From Scenedesmus sp. PABB004 (Eukaryota), in contig JABVCE010000008.1 of assembly GCA_014905635.1 (NCBI GenBank), positions 992,001 to 1,056,000 on the forward strand: a stretch of 64,000 nt of DNA, given 5' to 3'. The position numbers were made by a program, and so were the translations under genes. This document shows positions 30,607 through 42,635 of the stretch, in pieces (within the stretch, counting starts at the first letter, position 1; every line of letters starts with the position of its first letter). The notes below the pieces were generated by a model. The model was not told the origin of the DNA and did no database searches. It saw only the letters and a list, made by a program, of their open reading frames with translations.

Positions 30607-31649
30607 CGCCGGCGCGCGCAGCTGCGCGCTGCGTCTGCGCGCGGCACCAACGGTGCCGCGGCGCTGCCGTGCTGGCGCAGCCAGCCATGCGCGAATCAGC
30701 GCGGGCCGAGGGGGAGTGCGGCCGCTTCAGCGGCGCTGGCCCCGCCCTGCTCCCTCCGGGCAAGGGCAAGGGAGTGTCCTCGCGCACGTTATTGGCGTTC
30801 CCGCACGGCGCCGCTGGGAGTCGCCCGCCTTGCGGCCTGCGCGCTGACGCATGAATAATGAAACCTGTGTGTTTGAGAATTTGTGGCAGAACAGAGGATT
30901 TGGTTGCCGCGTGGATGCGTTTCCGCACGGCGGAGGAGAGGTTTTTTTTGTTGCACAAACACACCCGCGGCCGCTGTCTCGGCAAGGCGCCCACGGGCGC
31001 GAGCGGTAGGGCGTGACTTGGCGGCCCCGTCACGTGTGTGCGCGCGCCCCTGCTCTGGCGTGCTCTGGCGCACACACGCCCCGTGACCACTGCAGCGCAC
31101 GGACGCGCTTCGCACAGCTGTGTGCCTCGCGACCTGGAGCGCCGCGGCCACCCCCCCCCCCTGCTGTGCTGGGCACAGCAGCAGCACGTGGTGTGCTGCG
31201 CTATGGCTGCGGCTGGCGCTCGCCACATTTCGTGCTGTGCTGCACGACCAGACGCCGGCCACCCACGCTTTGCCGGCATCTTCATCCACCTCACGTCACC
31301 CCCCCCCCGGCAAACTGCCTCGCTGTGCTGTGTGTGCTGTGGACAGGCACCCATGACCACGGCTGGCCGCGCGGTTGGTCGTGGCACGACCAACCGCGCA
31401 GCGGCGGTGCGGCAGCCGGCCCCGGGCGCGCCGGCGCGCACGACCACACGACAAATTCACCTTCGGTGGCAGACGGCTCTTGGCTGCAGACAGAGCGCCC
31501 TGGTGCGGTGGAATGGTGCGGCGGAGTGGCTGGCCGCTGTATCGGGCTGAGAGTGGGCGCGCGCCGCGCGGAGAGCGGTGCGCCGCGCTCGCCGGCGCCG
31601 GTCAAATGTATACCTTTTTTTTCATTCGTTTGACCTGCAGTGCTAAATG

Positions 31650-31654
31650 TGTAA
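31650..31654 (+). promoter_or_regulatory. Candidate TGTAA polyadenylation signal for paralogue A
   Basis: UGUAA is the established chlorophycean poly(A) signal. This copy lies in an AT-richer patch ~1 kb after the stop codon. Confidence 0.45.
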
Positions 31655-32162
31655 CTCGGCATTTAGTGGAGCGCCCGGCTCAAGCCCAAGCCGAGCACGG
31701 TGGGTGGTTGGCCGCCGCGCGACGCGCGCGGCGCGCACTCGCGCGCCGCAGGCCGCTCGGCGCTCGCGCCGCACGCCGCTACCGCCGCCCAGACCGCTCC
31801 TGACTGCTGCACGCGTGCGGGCGCAGTCGCTTCACGAGCGCAGTGCCGCGCTGGCGGCGGCCGGGGCCTGGCCGCACCGCTCGGCGGCAGCGGCGGCAGC
31901 GGCCGCGCGCCGGTGACGCCCCCCTCGCCCCCGCTCGTGCGGGCCCGGCGCGACGCCCTGGTTCAAAGCGACGCCGTCGCATGCCGCAGGGGCCAGGTAG
32001 CTGCCCGCGCGGGCTCGGAGGTTCTGCGGGCGGTCGCCGTTCGCCGCTGCGGCGGACCCGTCCTGCCCGCTGCGTGGGCCAGACACAATCTATTCGGTCT
32101 TAGCGAGTGGCGATGCGCCGCGCCACGTCCGTGCCGGGCTGATTGGGCCCTGCGCAGGCCGA

Positions 32163-35100
32163 ATGCGCGCCTGGGCGCTGTGGGCGCTGCTGCTGGCCGT
32201 TCCCTTGGCCGCAGCGGCGCCCACAGGGTCCAGGGCGCTCGCGCAGGCGCCGCGCGGCGTGCAGGGCACGCCCTCGTGCCGGCTGCTGGTGCCAGGCTGC
32301 GGCGTTGAGGACTGCACGCTCACGGTCGTTGGCTGGCGCTCAATCCCCAGCTGTCCACGCTGTGCCAGCAGGCTGTACGTGCGCAGCGAGGACGGCACGC
32401 GCTGTGGTGAGGCCGGCGGCGCGGCGGCGGCAGCAGCAGAGTTGTTGGCCGCGCGCCCTCGCGGCGGGGGCGCAGGGCGTGCCCGGGGCCGCAGCACCCT
32501 GGCAGACTGGTGCCATGGACGCAGCCCGGGCTGCAGCACGCGCGCCGCGCATTGCGCTGCTCACGACCGACGCGGCGCCCGCGGCGTGCCCGGGGCGCAC
32601 CGCGCCGCAGACTGCGCCGCCGGTGCGTTTACCAACTGCACCGACACTGCCGAACCGAGCACCTGCCTGTGCAGCCGCTGCCCGACCGACAGCTGGTGCG
32701 GCGGCGGCCTCAACGCGCCGGGGCAGGCCACCGCGGTGCCGTGCGGCACGGGGCGGACCACGCGGGCTGGCGTCGTGGCGCGGAGCATTAGCGCCTGCGG
32801 TGAGTGGCGGCGGCGGGGTCGCCAGCGGCCGGGCGGCGCCGCGTGCCTGCTGGCGGTGGCTGCGGCCGGCTGCCGCCTGGTCGGCGGGGCCTCCGCTCCA
32901 CTGACCTGGCGCGTCTGCCCGCCGCTGCGCCGCTGCCGCACGCAGTGCTGCTGCCTGGCTGGGGCTGGCCCTCGCGTGACGCAGCCGGGCCGGCGCTGTG
33001 CCCGTTTGGCACGTACAGCACCGGCTGGAGGGCTGCGCGCACGCCCTGCAACCGCTGCCCCTCGGGCTACACGACGCAGTCAGCCGGCTCGACGGCGCGC
33101 GAGCAGTGCGGTGAGCGCGAGCGCGAGGCGGGCTGGGGCGTGGGCCGGCGCGTGGGGGATGCTGCAGCCAAGGCGCTCTAGGGCTGCGCCCAACCTGCAG
33201 CGCGTTTGCCGCCTGTGCCGCGCGCAGTCGCAGCGCCTGGCCTGTTTGTGGACCTGGGTCTGGTGCGGCCCTGCCGCGCTGGCACGTACCAGCCAGCATA
33301 CACCATGGACGGCCTGGCAGCGTGCACGCCCTGCGCGACGGGCGTGACAACGGCAACTGCAGCGGCCGTGAGGGCGGCAGACTGCGCAGGTGAGGCGCTC
33401 GGGCGCGCGCTGGCGGGCAGGAAGAGGCAAGGACGAGCGGGGGCACGCCAGCTGCGGCACCTGCCTGACGCGCCTGCACTTGCGCTCGCCTGGCACCGCC
33501 CCGCCGCCGCCCCGCCGCCGGCGGCCCGCCGTCACCACGCTGCAGTCGCGCAGCCGGGCTACGGGCTGACCACCTGCAGCAATGTCACGGGCTGCCAGGC
33601 GGCGCAGTGCAGCGTTGGCACGTACAACCCTGGCGGGCCCGGCAGCAGCAGCTGCCTGGCCTGCCCGTGGGGCCTCACGACCGCCAGCGCGGGCGCGGAA
33701 GACGAGAGCCTGTGCCGCGTGCCGCCCGGCTTTGGCCTGGTGTTCCCGCTGCCAGCCAACAGGAGCGTGAACGCCACAGAGCGGTGCGATTTTGGCTACA
33801 ACCCTGGCTGGAACCGGCAGGCGTGCACAAGCTGCGGCTTGAACGTGACGGCCCTGTTCAACCGCACCAGCGCGGCCGACTGCTGTGAGTGTGCGCGCTG
33901 GCTGGGGGCGGGCGCGGGCTGGCCGTCGGGTGCACCTCTCTCCCTCTGCGACGGCCCACGGCTGACGCCCGCTGCGCCGCCCGCCCGCTGCGCCTGTGCG
34001 TCTTCTGCATGCATGTCTGCTGCGCGCAGACGTGCTGCGGGGGCAGGGCCTGCAGGTGGTGGTGCAGGACGACGGCACACGCGTACGCGCGGCGGTCAAC
34101 TGCTGGGCGGGCTCTGTCGGCATGCCGGCGCCCACCCCGGCCAGCAGCGCCCTGCCGTGCGACACATGCCCGCGCTTCATGAGCACTCTGCTGGAGCTGA
34201 GCACCAACCGCAGCGCCGACTGCCAGGCGCTGCCTGGCTACACGCCGGTGGTGGGCGCGGCGACGATCCAGGCGGTGGCGTGCGCTGTGGGGACCTACAA
34301 GGCCAATTTCAGCAATGCCGCGTGCACGCCCTGCCCGTCCTTCACCAGCACGCCGGGCGTCGCGTCGACGAGCGCGGCCAACTGCACAGGTGCGTGGGGT
34401 CACGCGCACGTGTCGTGCGAACAGTCGCCTGGCTGGCGGGCGGGCGGGTGGCATGGGAGGTGCCTGCCGCCGCCGGCACCGCCCGGTGACCGCCATGCGC
34501 CGCTGTGCTGCCGCCACCGCCTCCGCCGCCGCCGCCGCCGCTGTTGTTTGATCGCCGCAGTGTGCGCGGCGGGCTACGGCGGCTGGTCGGCTGTGGGCCC
34601 TGCCTGCACGCCTTGCGCGGTGGGCACGGTGAACAGCGGCGGCTCCAGCTCCTGCACCTCTTGCCCGTCCTTCACCAGCACGCCGGGCATCGGGTCAACC
34701 AGCACGGCCAACTGCACAGGTGCGTGGGGTCACGCGCGCGCGTGCGTGGGAACAGACGCCTGGCGGGCGGGCGGGTGGCATGGGAGGTGCCTGCCGCCGC
34801 CGGCACCGCCCGGTGACCGCCATGCGCCGCTGTGCTGCCGCCGCCGCCTCCGCCGCCGCCGCCGCCGCTGTTGTTTGATCGCCGCAGTGTGCGCGGCGGG
34901 CTACGGCGGCTGGTCGGCTGTGGGCCCTGCCTGCACGCCTTGCGCGGTGGGCACGGTGAACAGCGGCGGCTCCAGCTCCTGCACCTCTTGCCCGTCCTTC
35001 ACCAGCACGCCGGGCATCGGGTCAACCAGCACGGCCAACTGCACAGGTGCGTGGGGTCACGCGCGCGCGTGCGTGGGAACAGACGCCTGGCGGGCGGGCG

Positions 35101-36741
35101 GGTGGCATGGGAGGTGCCTGCCGCCGCCCGTACCGCCCACTGACCGCCATGCACCGCTGTGCCGCCGCCGCCGCCCCCTCCGCCGCCGCGACCACTGTTG
35201 TTTGATCGCCGCAGTGTGCGCGGCGGGCTACGGCGGCTGGTCGGCTGTGGGCCCTGCCTGCACGCCTTGCGCGGCGGGCACGGTGAACAACGGCAGCTCC
35301 AGCTCCTGCACCTCTTGCCCGTCCTTCACCAGCACGCCGGGCATCGGGTCAACCAGCACGGCCAACTGCACAGGTGCGTGGGGTCACGCGCGCGCGTGCG
35401 TGGAACAGACGCCTGGCTGGCGGGCGGGTGGCATCGGAGGTGCCTGCCGCCGCTGGCACCGCCCACTGACCGCCATGCGCCGCTGTGCTGCCGCCGCCGC
35501 CTCCTCCGCCGCCGCGACCACTGTTGTTTGCCCACCGCAGTGTGCGCGGCGGGCTACGGCGGCTGGTCGGCTGTGGGCCCTGCCTGCACGCCTTGCGCGG
35601 CGGGCACGGTGAACAACGGCAGCTCCAGCTCCTGCACCGCTTGCCCGGGCGGCCAGGTGGCCGTCAACACGACCACGTGCTCGCTGCTGCTGCCTGACGT
35701 GTCGACGTGCACGCCCCGGCCGGCCGCCTCGTCGGCCTTGCCCGCCGGCCTGTCCTGCCCAAAAGACGGCGGCGACCAGATGGCTGTCTTGGCGCCAGAC
35801 AGCAGTTACGGAGCGCCCCCAGCGTGCGCGCCGGCCCCAGGTTTCAGAGCCGACAAGCCCTGTGACACCTCAAACGGGCGATGGCTTGGCGGCAACGTCG
35901 ATCTCATGCTTGTGAACGTTGGCGGCGTCATGCGCTGCGTCTGCCCGGGGCTCTACACGCAGGGCGACATGATCATACCAGTCACAAACGCCGGCGTGTT
36001 CAACCCCAACGGCACCGAGAACAAGTTTGTGTGCCGGCCGCTGCTCACGTTCCTGCCAAACAACGCCAGCCAGCCCACCGGCGCGGGGGTCTGGCTGTTC
36101 AATGCGTCCACCACCGCCGACGCGCGCTGCAACAGCACACAAGGGTGCTGGGACATGTGCTTCTTCTGTGACGGCTCACGGCGCTACTCAGCCAACGTGA
36201 GCCCCGCTGCGCCGCACGCGCGCTCGGGCCGCTTGCTGGCTCAAGTGCTTGTGGCACCGTGCCCCGCCCTGAGCTGTCGCCGCCCCTGCCGCTGCTCACA
36301 GACGGCGGTTGGCTTGGCCAGCGGCACACGCACAGCCAGGCCCCTGCTCAACACCACGTGCGGCAATCAGACGTGCACCCTGGGCAGTGCAACCACGGCG
36401 GTGCGCCCGTTCTGGCAGGCGTGCGAGGAGTACGCGGGCAGGGTGAGGCGCTCGCGGGCGGGCCACCGCAGTTGCTGCTGCTTCTGCGGCCACTGGCGCC
36501 CCCATGCTTCACTCCAGCAGCAGGCAGCACTGCACCCAATCTGACGCGCTCTGCCGCCGCCGCCGCCGCCGCTGCTCAGGCCACGCCCGAGGTGCAGGGC
36601 AACCTGGCGTTGGTCGGCGGCACGTGGCCCTTCCGGCCAGCCAACTCCAATACTACGACGCTGCGGCTGCCGCAGGCGCTGCCTAGCCCGCTGACAGTGA
36701 ATCAAGGGCAGGTGGTGTTGCAGAGCTTCTCGATACCATAA
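32163..36741 (+). CDS. Secreted Cys-rich repeat protein, paralogue B (multi-exon)
   Basis: Same exon structure and sequence as 26048..30606 apart from a diverged 95-aa segment. Confidence 0.85.
34320..35635 (+). repeat. Intragenic tandem exon+intron repeat (327-bp unit)
   Basis: Exons start at 34561, 34888, 35215 and 35541. Confidence 0.93.
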
Positions 36742-37623
36742 CGCGGCGCGCACAGCTGCAACCACGCCGTGGTGCCGCGGCGCTGCGGTGCCAGCGCAAC
36801 CCCGTCACGCGCAACTCGGCGCGGCGGGGCGAGCCTAGGCTGTGTGTTTCTAGCCACTTCAAAGGGTCCGCCTTTTTCTCCCGGGCGGCAGGCAAGGAGT
36901 TGGTGGGTGAAGGGGGGAGGGGGGCTCACTTGCACCTGTATGGTTTGGTTGCCCCTATCGAGGGGCATTTTCGAACACAAGTGTCGCTTGTTGCTCGCAC
37001 CGCGTGAAAGCGCTGCGGCGAGCTCTGCATGTGGCTGCCAGCCGCAGGCGCAACTTGATGATCAGACGAGCCGCTGCGCGTGACCTGCTATCTATGTGAG
37101 GCCCCCCTATCTGAGGCCCCCCGGGCCTGCTCTGTGTTGTGCGCGCCGCTGACGCCGCCGCCGCACCGGCTTGCTGCCAAGCCGGGCGCGCCCAGCATGG
37201 GCGCGAGTGATGCGCATTCCATGTCGTGCATGTCCTGTGGGCCCTGCTATGTTCCGCCTCCAGCCTCGTGTGTTGCGCAGCGGCCTGCCCGCGTTGCGCC
37301 GTCTCACAACTCAGCCTTGGCTGCACTGCGCCTCGCCTCACTTACCTCGCCTCACAACACTGTGAGCCACGTGTGGGTGCCCTTGTATTAGCGGCGCCGC
37401 TTGTGGCTGGCGCCCCGCCAGCCGCGCGGCCCGGCGCCACGAGCGACACACCTGTGAGAGGTGCGTGGGGCACGGCAGCGCCGGCGCTCGCCAGCCGCAG
37501 CTGTGCCCCCCGGCGGGCTTATCGACAGGGAGGGGCGTGGGGCGTTTGGGGGCGTATCGGCAACGCACGGTCTCGCGGGCTGGGCTGTCCGGACTGCAGC
37601 GTCTGGGGCCTGATCAAGCCAGC

Positions 37624-37628
37624 TGTAA
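37624..37628 (+). promoter_or_regulatory. Candidate TGTAA polyadenylation signal for paralogue B
   Basis: TGTAA ~0.9 kb after the stop codon, close to the convergent RAE1 stop. Confidence 0.4.
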
Positions 37629-37709
37629 CCACTCGTTACCACCAACCCGCCCCGCAGTCACGCAACGACTCGCGAGTCGGGCCTCTGCCACCTCGCCCCC
37701 CTCCCGCCG

Positions 37710-39353
37710 CTACTTGCGCCCCGTCGCGGGCGGCTTCTGGCGCGCCTTGACCTGCGCGCGGCAGGCAGACGGCGGGCAGCGGGTGACGGGCAGCGGCGCG
37801 CGCGCGCCGCGGGGGCGGCGGGCGCGCGCTGCTACACCCGCGCGCCGCGCAGCCCGCGCGCCGGACCTCGGTCTCCTGCGTGCCGTGCAGGTGGACGTAG
37901 CTGGGCATGGCGCCGGGGTTGTAGCCGGCAAAGCCGCGGCCCCAGTCGTAGCTGACGCCATAGGCGTAGATCGAGCCATCGGCGTTGAACGCGCCCGCCG
38001 TGATGGGCGCGGGGTCGGCGCCGTAGCTCGCCTTGGCCATGGCCTTGAGGCGCTGCTTGGAGTCCTTGTCCCAGAAGTTGTACGTGCTGCGGCGCGGGCA
38101 GCGCGGGCGGGGGGCGGGGTGGGGCGGCGCCGGGCGGGGCGGCGCCGGGCGGGGCGGCGCGCGCGCACGGGCGCGCGCGCCCGCAGGCAGCGGCGCGCCG
38201 CGCGCGGGAGGGCAAGCGCGGCGGCGCGCACCCGTCGCTGCCGGCGGTGACAAACGTGCCGTGCACGGGGTGGAAGGCGATGGCGTTGACCGGATAGATG
38301 TCCGCGCCCTCGCGGTGGCACTTGAACGTAAAGTTCTTGGTCGCGCCAACCGACTCCTCCACGTGCTGCACCGCGACGCGGCCCTCGATCGAGCCGATGA
38401 GGTACCCCGCCTTGTCTGTGCGTGTGTGTGATTGTGTGTGTGCGAGTGAGTGTGTGAGTGTGTGAGTGATTGTGAATGAGTGAGTGAGTGAGTGAGTAAA
38501 GGGGGGCAAGGGGCAGGGGAGCGCAGGTGGGCGCGGCAGCGCGCGGGGGCGGGGGCGCGGGAGCGCCGGCGGCGGAGGCGCGGCCGCGGCGCGGCGCCGC
38601 ACCCGGGAAGCACGCGACGCAGCGCGTCTGCCACTTGAGCGGCGACTGCAGCGTCTTGTACGGCGTCTGCGGCTGCTGCAGGTTGAAGACCAGCAGGTGG
38701 CGGTCGGCGGTGCCGACGACGAGCAGCGGGTGCCGCACGTCGAGCGCGTAGCAGCGCTCCGGCAGGGTGTAGCTGAACACCGCGCTCGGCGTGCGGCAGT
38801 CCCAATACTTGAGCGTCTTGTCCCAGCTGCCTGCGCGGGGTTTACGGGCGGCGCGGCGGCGCGATCGCGGCGCGGTGGCGCGGCGGCGCGGGTGCGCAGG
38901 CGCGGGCGCCGCGCCGCGCGCGGCCGCTGCGCGCCGCCGCAGCCCGTCCCGGCGCGCGCGTGCGCGGGCCGCACCCGTGACGAGGAGGTTTGTCTCTGGG
39001 ATGAAGGCGCAGTGGCGGACGGGGCCGTCGTGCGCGGCGACCTGCTGGCTCTGGTTGGTCGCGAGGTTCCAGAGCTTGACCGTCTTGTCGCAGCTGCCCG
39101 TGAACACGCCGGTGCCGTCGGCGTTCCACGCGCTGCACAGCACCGGCTGCGCGTGGCTGGTGGAGGCCTTGGCGGTGGCCTGGCCCGTCGGCGAGACCTC
39201 CCAGCAGTACGCGCTGTTGTCCCAGCACGTCGCGACGAGGATGTTGGCGCGCGGGCTGAACGCCACGCTCGTCACGCCGTCCGGCAGCGCCGGCGTGACC
39301 TGGACGTCCTTGTTGGGGTTAACCCCGCCGCTGGCCGCGGCCGCGCCAAACAT
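37710..39353 (-). CDS. RAE1: mRNA export factor Rae1/Gle2 (WD40), 5 exons
   Basis: Contains [74 protein letters not shown] and [10 protein letters not shown]. Confidence 0.96.
   Translation of the reverse strand: MFGAAAASGGVNPNKDVQVTPALPDGVTSVAFSPRANILVATCWDNSAYCWEVSPTGQATAKASTSHAQPVLCSAWNADGTGVFTGSCDKTVKLWNLATNQSQQVAAHDGPVRHCAFIPETNLLVTGAARARARRDGLRRRAAAARGAAPAPAHPRRRATAPRSRRRAARKPRAGSWDKTLKYWDCRTPSAVFSYTLPERCYALDVRHPLLVVGTADRHLLVFNLQQPQTPYKTLQSPLKWQTRCVACFPGAAPRRGRASAAGAPAPPPPRAAAPTCAPLPLAPLYSLTHSLIHNHSHTHTLTRTHTITHTHRQGGVPHRLDRGPRRGAARGGVGWRDQELYVQVPPRGRGHLSGQRHRLPPRARHVCHRRQRRVRAAALALPRAARRCLRARAPVRARRPARRRPARRRPTPPPARAARAAARTTSGTRTPSSASRPWPRRATAPTPRPSRRARSTPMARSTPMASATTGAAALPATTPAPCPATSTCTARRRPRSGARAARRAGVAARARRPRGARAPLPVTRCPPSACRAQVKARQKPPATGRK
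38417..38497. repeat. Degenerate (TG)n/(GTGA)n microsatellite in a RAE1 intron
   Basis: Sequence tgtgcgtgtgtgtgattgtgtg...gagtgagtgagtgagt lies immediately upstream (on the minus strand) of a splice acceptor. Confidence 0.85.
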
Positions 39354-39764
39354 GGCGCCCCCGCGCGCGCGCCGCGCCGGCGCCGCCGCTGCCCGCCGCT
39401 GCTGCTGCGCCGCCCGCCGGCAGGCGCGCTACGGGTTGCCGCTGCGCCCCTGCGCCCCTGCGCGCGCAGGCGGTCCAGATCAGCCGCCTCCGCCTGCGCT
39501 CCGCGGCTAGGGGCGGCTAGGGGGTCACGGTCGCGTCGCAGGGCGGGCGATGCAACGCAGCGCTCGCGGCGCGGGCACGGCCGGATCGGCGCTGCGGGCG
39601 GGGTCGGTGTGCGGGGAGCGCGGAAGTCGGGTTGGTGAAGGACAACCGCGGCTTGCATCAGTTGAACCGCTGCCGCCGCAACCGCTGCAGCCGGCGCGCA
39701 CCGCCCGATCGCGCCAGTCGGCTGCGCCCGCTCCCGACCGCGCAGCAAAGCCAACCCACTAGCA

Positions 39765-41977
39765 ATGGAAGAGGCGCCAGCCCCGCCGCCAGCCCCCCAT
39801 TCGCGCGCGCCGCGCGCCTCCGGCGCGTGGGTGCCGCCGCACCTGCGCGGCGGCGCCGGGGGGGCGGCGGCCGCGCCGCGCAGCCTCGAGGAGCTGGCTC
39901 CGCTGAGCATACAGGTGCGCTGCCTCCGCCTGCTGCCCCGCGTCTGCGACCGCCGCCGCGGCCGGGACACTGCCGCTGCTGCCGCTGCTGCCCGGGCGCT
40001 CACGCGCGCGCGCCCGCCGCACAGATCAAGGTGACGTTCACGGCGGGCGGGGCGTTCAGCTTCGACGCCTGCCCCGACCTGATCACCGGCGAGGAGCAGG
40101 CCGCCGAGCCTGGCGACGGCGGCGGCGGCGACGGCGCGCCGGCTCTCGCGGTGAGCCCGCCGCGGCGGCCGCGCGGCGGGCCGGCCGGCGGGGAGCGCGC
40201 CCCACGCCCGCCGCGCCGTCGCGGGCCCGCCGCGCAGTTCCGCGTGCTGGACAGCCCCGCCTGCCCCGACGACCACCAGATGGGGCAGCTGCTGGCCTGG
40301 TTCAAGGCGGCCGCGGCGGCTGACGCCGCGGCCGAGATGGCGATGCCGGCCGCGCTCTCGAAGCGCGAGCGCGCGCTGTGGCACGGCCGGGCGCAGGCGC
40401 TGGGCCTCGTGTCCGAGAGCAGGGGCTTTGGCGACGCGCGGCACCTGACCGTCCGCCCCGCGCCGCCGAAGCCGCCCTGCGGCTGGCGCGCCGCGCCCGC
40501 GGGCGACGCGCCCGCGGGCGCGACGCCCGCGGGCCGCGGCGCGGAGGCCGGCGCGCGGGGCGGCGGCGCCCGGGGCGCCCGCGGCGGCGGCCGCGGCGGC
40601 CGCGGCCCCGGCGGCGGCGGGCGGCGGCACATGCAGGTGTGGCAGTGGTGCCAGATGGAGGGCGGCGCGTTTGAGCGCTACAGCCAGGGCGAGCTGGCGG
40701 AGCTGCTGGCGGCGGGGGATGACGCGCTGCCAGCGCCACTGCGGGGCATGATCCGGCGCCGGTGAGCCCCCGGGGCGCAAGGCCGGGGCGGGCCCCGCGC
40801 GGCCGCCGCCCTGCACCCGCCAACACCCCCCCCCCCCCCCCCGCCCCTGCCCCCGCCCCGCCCGCTGCCGCGCGCCCTCCGCCGTCCGCGCGCAGCGAAA
40901 CGGCCGCCGAGCTGGTGGCGGCGCTGCAGCGCCGCGACGAGGCGGCGGCGCTGCAGCTGCTTGCGAGCTGCCCGCCGGGCGCCAAGCTCGGCTGGGTGCG
41001 CGACCCTGCGAGCGGCGGCTACCCGGCCCATGTGGCAGCATTCCACGGCCTGGGAGGTGTGCTGAAGCAGCTCGTGGCCGCGCACGGTGCGGCCGGTGGC
41101 GCCGCGCGCCGCTGCAGCGGCAGGGCGCTGGCCGCGGCGGCCCGGCGCGCGCTCGACGCCTGCGCGGCCGCCCTGCCCGCCGCGCGCAGGGCCGGAGGTG
41201 CTCCAGCAGCACGACGCGGCGCGCGCCACGCCGATCGCCTTGGCACAGCGGCGCGGCCACGAACAGCTGGCGGCGGAGCTGGAGGCGCTTCGGCTGTCAG
41301 CGGGTGCGCCGGGCCCGCGGCCCGTGCCCGGCGCCGCGCCCGGTGCCGGCAGCGGCGGCGGCGGCGGCGGCGACAGCGGCGCGGCGGCCGGCGGTGCCAG
41401 CCGCCCTGCGACCGCCGACGGCTTCGAGGGCAGGGGCTTTGGCCGCGGCCGGGGCGCGCCGCTGGTGGGCGGGGAGCCCGTCGCCCCGGGCGCTGCGGCG
41501 GCAGCGCAGGAGGGGCACGGCGAGCCGGGCATGCCGGTGGTGGCGGCGGGGCCGCCAGCGCCGGGGGCGCGCGGCTTTGGCGCGCGCTGGCCGAGCGGCG
41601 AGGGCGCCGCGCGCAGCGAGGCACCGCCAGCGGCGGTGGGGGCGGACGGCCAGGCGTCGCAGCCGCCGCCGCAGCAGGAGCAGCAGGAGCAGCAGGAGCA
41701 GCAGGAGCAGCAGGAGCAGCAGCAGGAGCAGCAGCAAGAGCAGGAGCAGCAGCAGCAGCAGGAGCCGGGCAGCCAGGCGCGGCGGGGGGATGCGGACGTC
41801 TATTGCTCTTTCGCCAGTGACTCCGACAGGGCGTACACGCTTTTCGGCCGCGGCGGTCGCGCGCCCGGGCGCGCGCGCGGCGGCGGCCGCTGGGCCGGGC
41901 CGGGGCGGGGCGGCCGCGGCGCGCCGGGGCCGGCCGGGGGTCGCCGGCCCGAGCCGCCGTCGCGACCGGGGTGGTGA
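39765..41977 (+). CDS. R3H-domain + ankyrin-repeat protein with RGG-rich segments
   Basis: R3H: MPAALSKRERALWHGRAQALGLVSESRGFGDARHLTV. Ankyrin-like: GGYPAHVAAFHGLGGVLKQLV / ATPIALAQRRGHEQLAAEL. RGG clusters follow the R3H domain and occur at the C-terminus. Confidence 0.8.
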
Positions 41978-42157
41978 GCGGCGGCGGCGCAATTGGAAGT
42001 TGCAACTTGGCCGTTGCCCCGTGGCCGTCCGAGGCCGCGCCGCGCTGCAGCGAGGCAGCCAGACAGATGGTCTACAACTTGTACACGTGGCGCGCGCGGG
42101 CGCAGCCGCCGCCGCGCCCATTGACGAGCCCCGCGCCGCCGGCCGGCGGGCAGGCGG

Positions 42158-42603
42158 TCAGGTGAAGCCGAGCGCGTCGTTGACGGTGCAGTGCATCATC
42201 GCCACGACGCTGCTCGCGCGCCGCAGCGCGCCGTCGTGCCGCGCCGCGTGCCCCGGCCCCGGGCTCGGGCACTGCGGCAGGTGCCCGTGGCCGTGCGGCA
42301 GGGGCGGGCCCATGCTGCCGCCCAGCAGCCCCGCCGCATGCGCGGGCGGCGCGCCCGCCGCGGCCGCCGCCAGCGCACCAAAGGGGCACGCGGGCGGCGC
42401 CCCGCCGGGGCGGCGCGCGGCGCCGCGCAGCGAGCTGATGTCCCCGGCACCACCGCCCGCCGCGATCATGGCGTTGGGCGTGCGGCCCGGCGCGGCGCCG
42501 CGCACCGCGGCTGCCCAGCCGCCGCCGCCGGCCGCCGCGACGGCGCCTGGCGCCGTGGCGCCTGGCGCCGTGGCGCCGCCGGGGGGCACGCCAGCTGCCG
42601 CCG

Positions 42604-42635
<32 letters not shown>

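Larger units (their letters stand above)
25630..30660 (+). repeat. Tandem segmental duplication, copy A (boundaries approximate)
   Basis: Matches 31740-36790 with offset 6115 upstream and 6135 downstream of the internal repeat. The ORF track entries are duplicated identically (e.g. 26048 and 32163). Confidence 0.95.
31740..36790 (+). repeat. Tandem segmental duplication, copy B (boundaries approximate)
   Basis: Near-identical to 25630-30660 including the upstream region and introns, except 35753-36037 and the mosaic repeat introns. Confidence 0.95.

Noticed and set aside
29618..36037. Variable cassette as a diversity-generating retroelement target
   Set aside because: The differences are not adenine-specific and include indels, and there is no reverse transcriptase or template repeat in the window.
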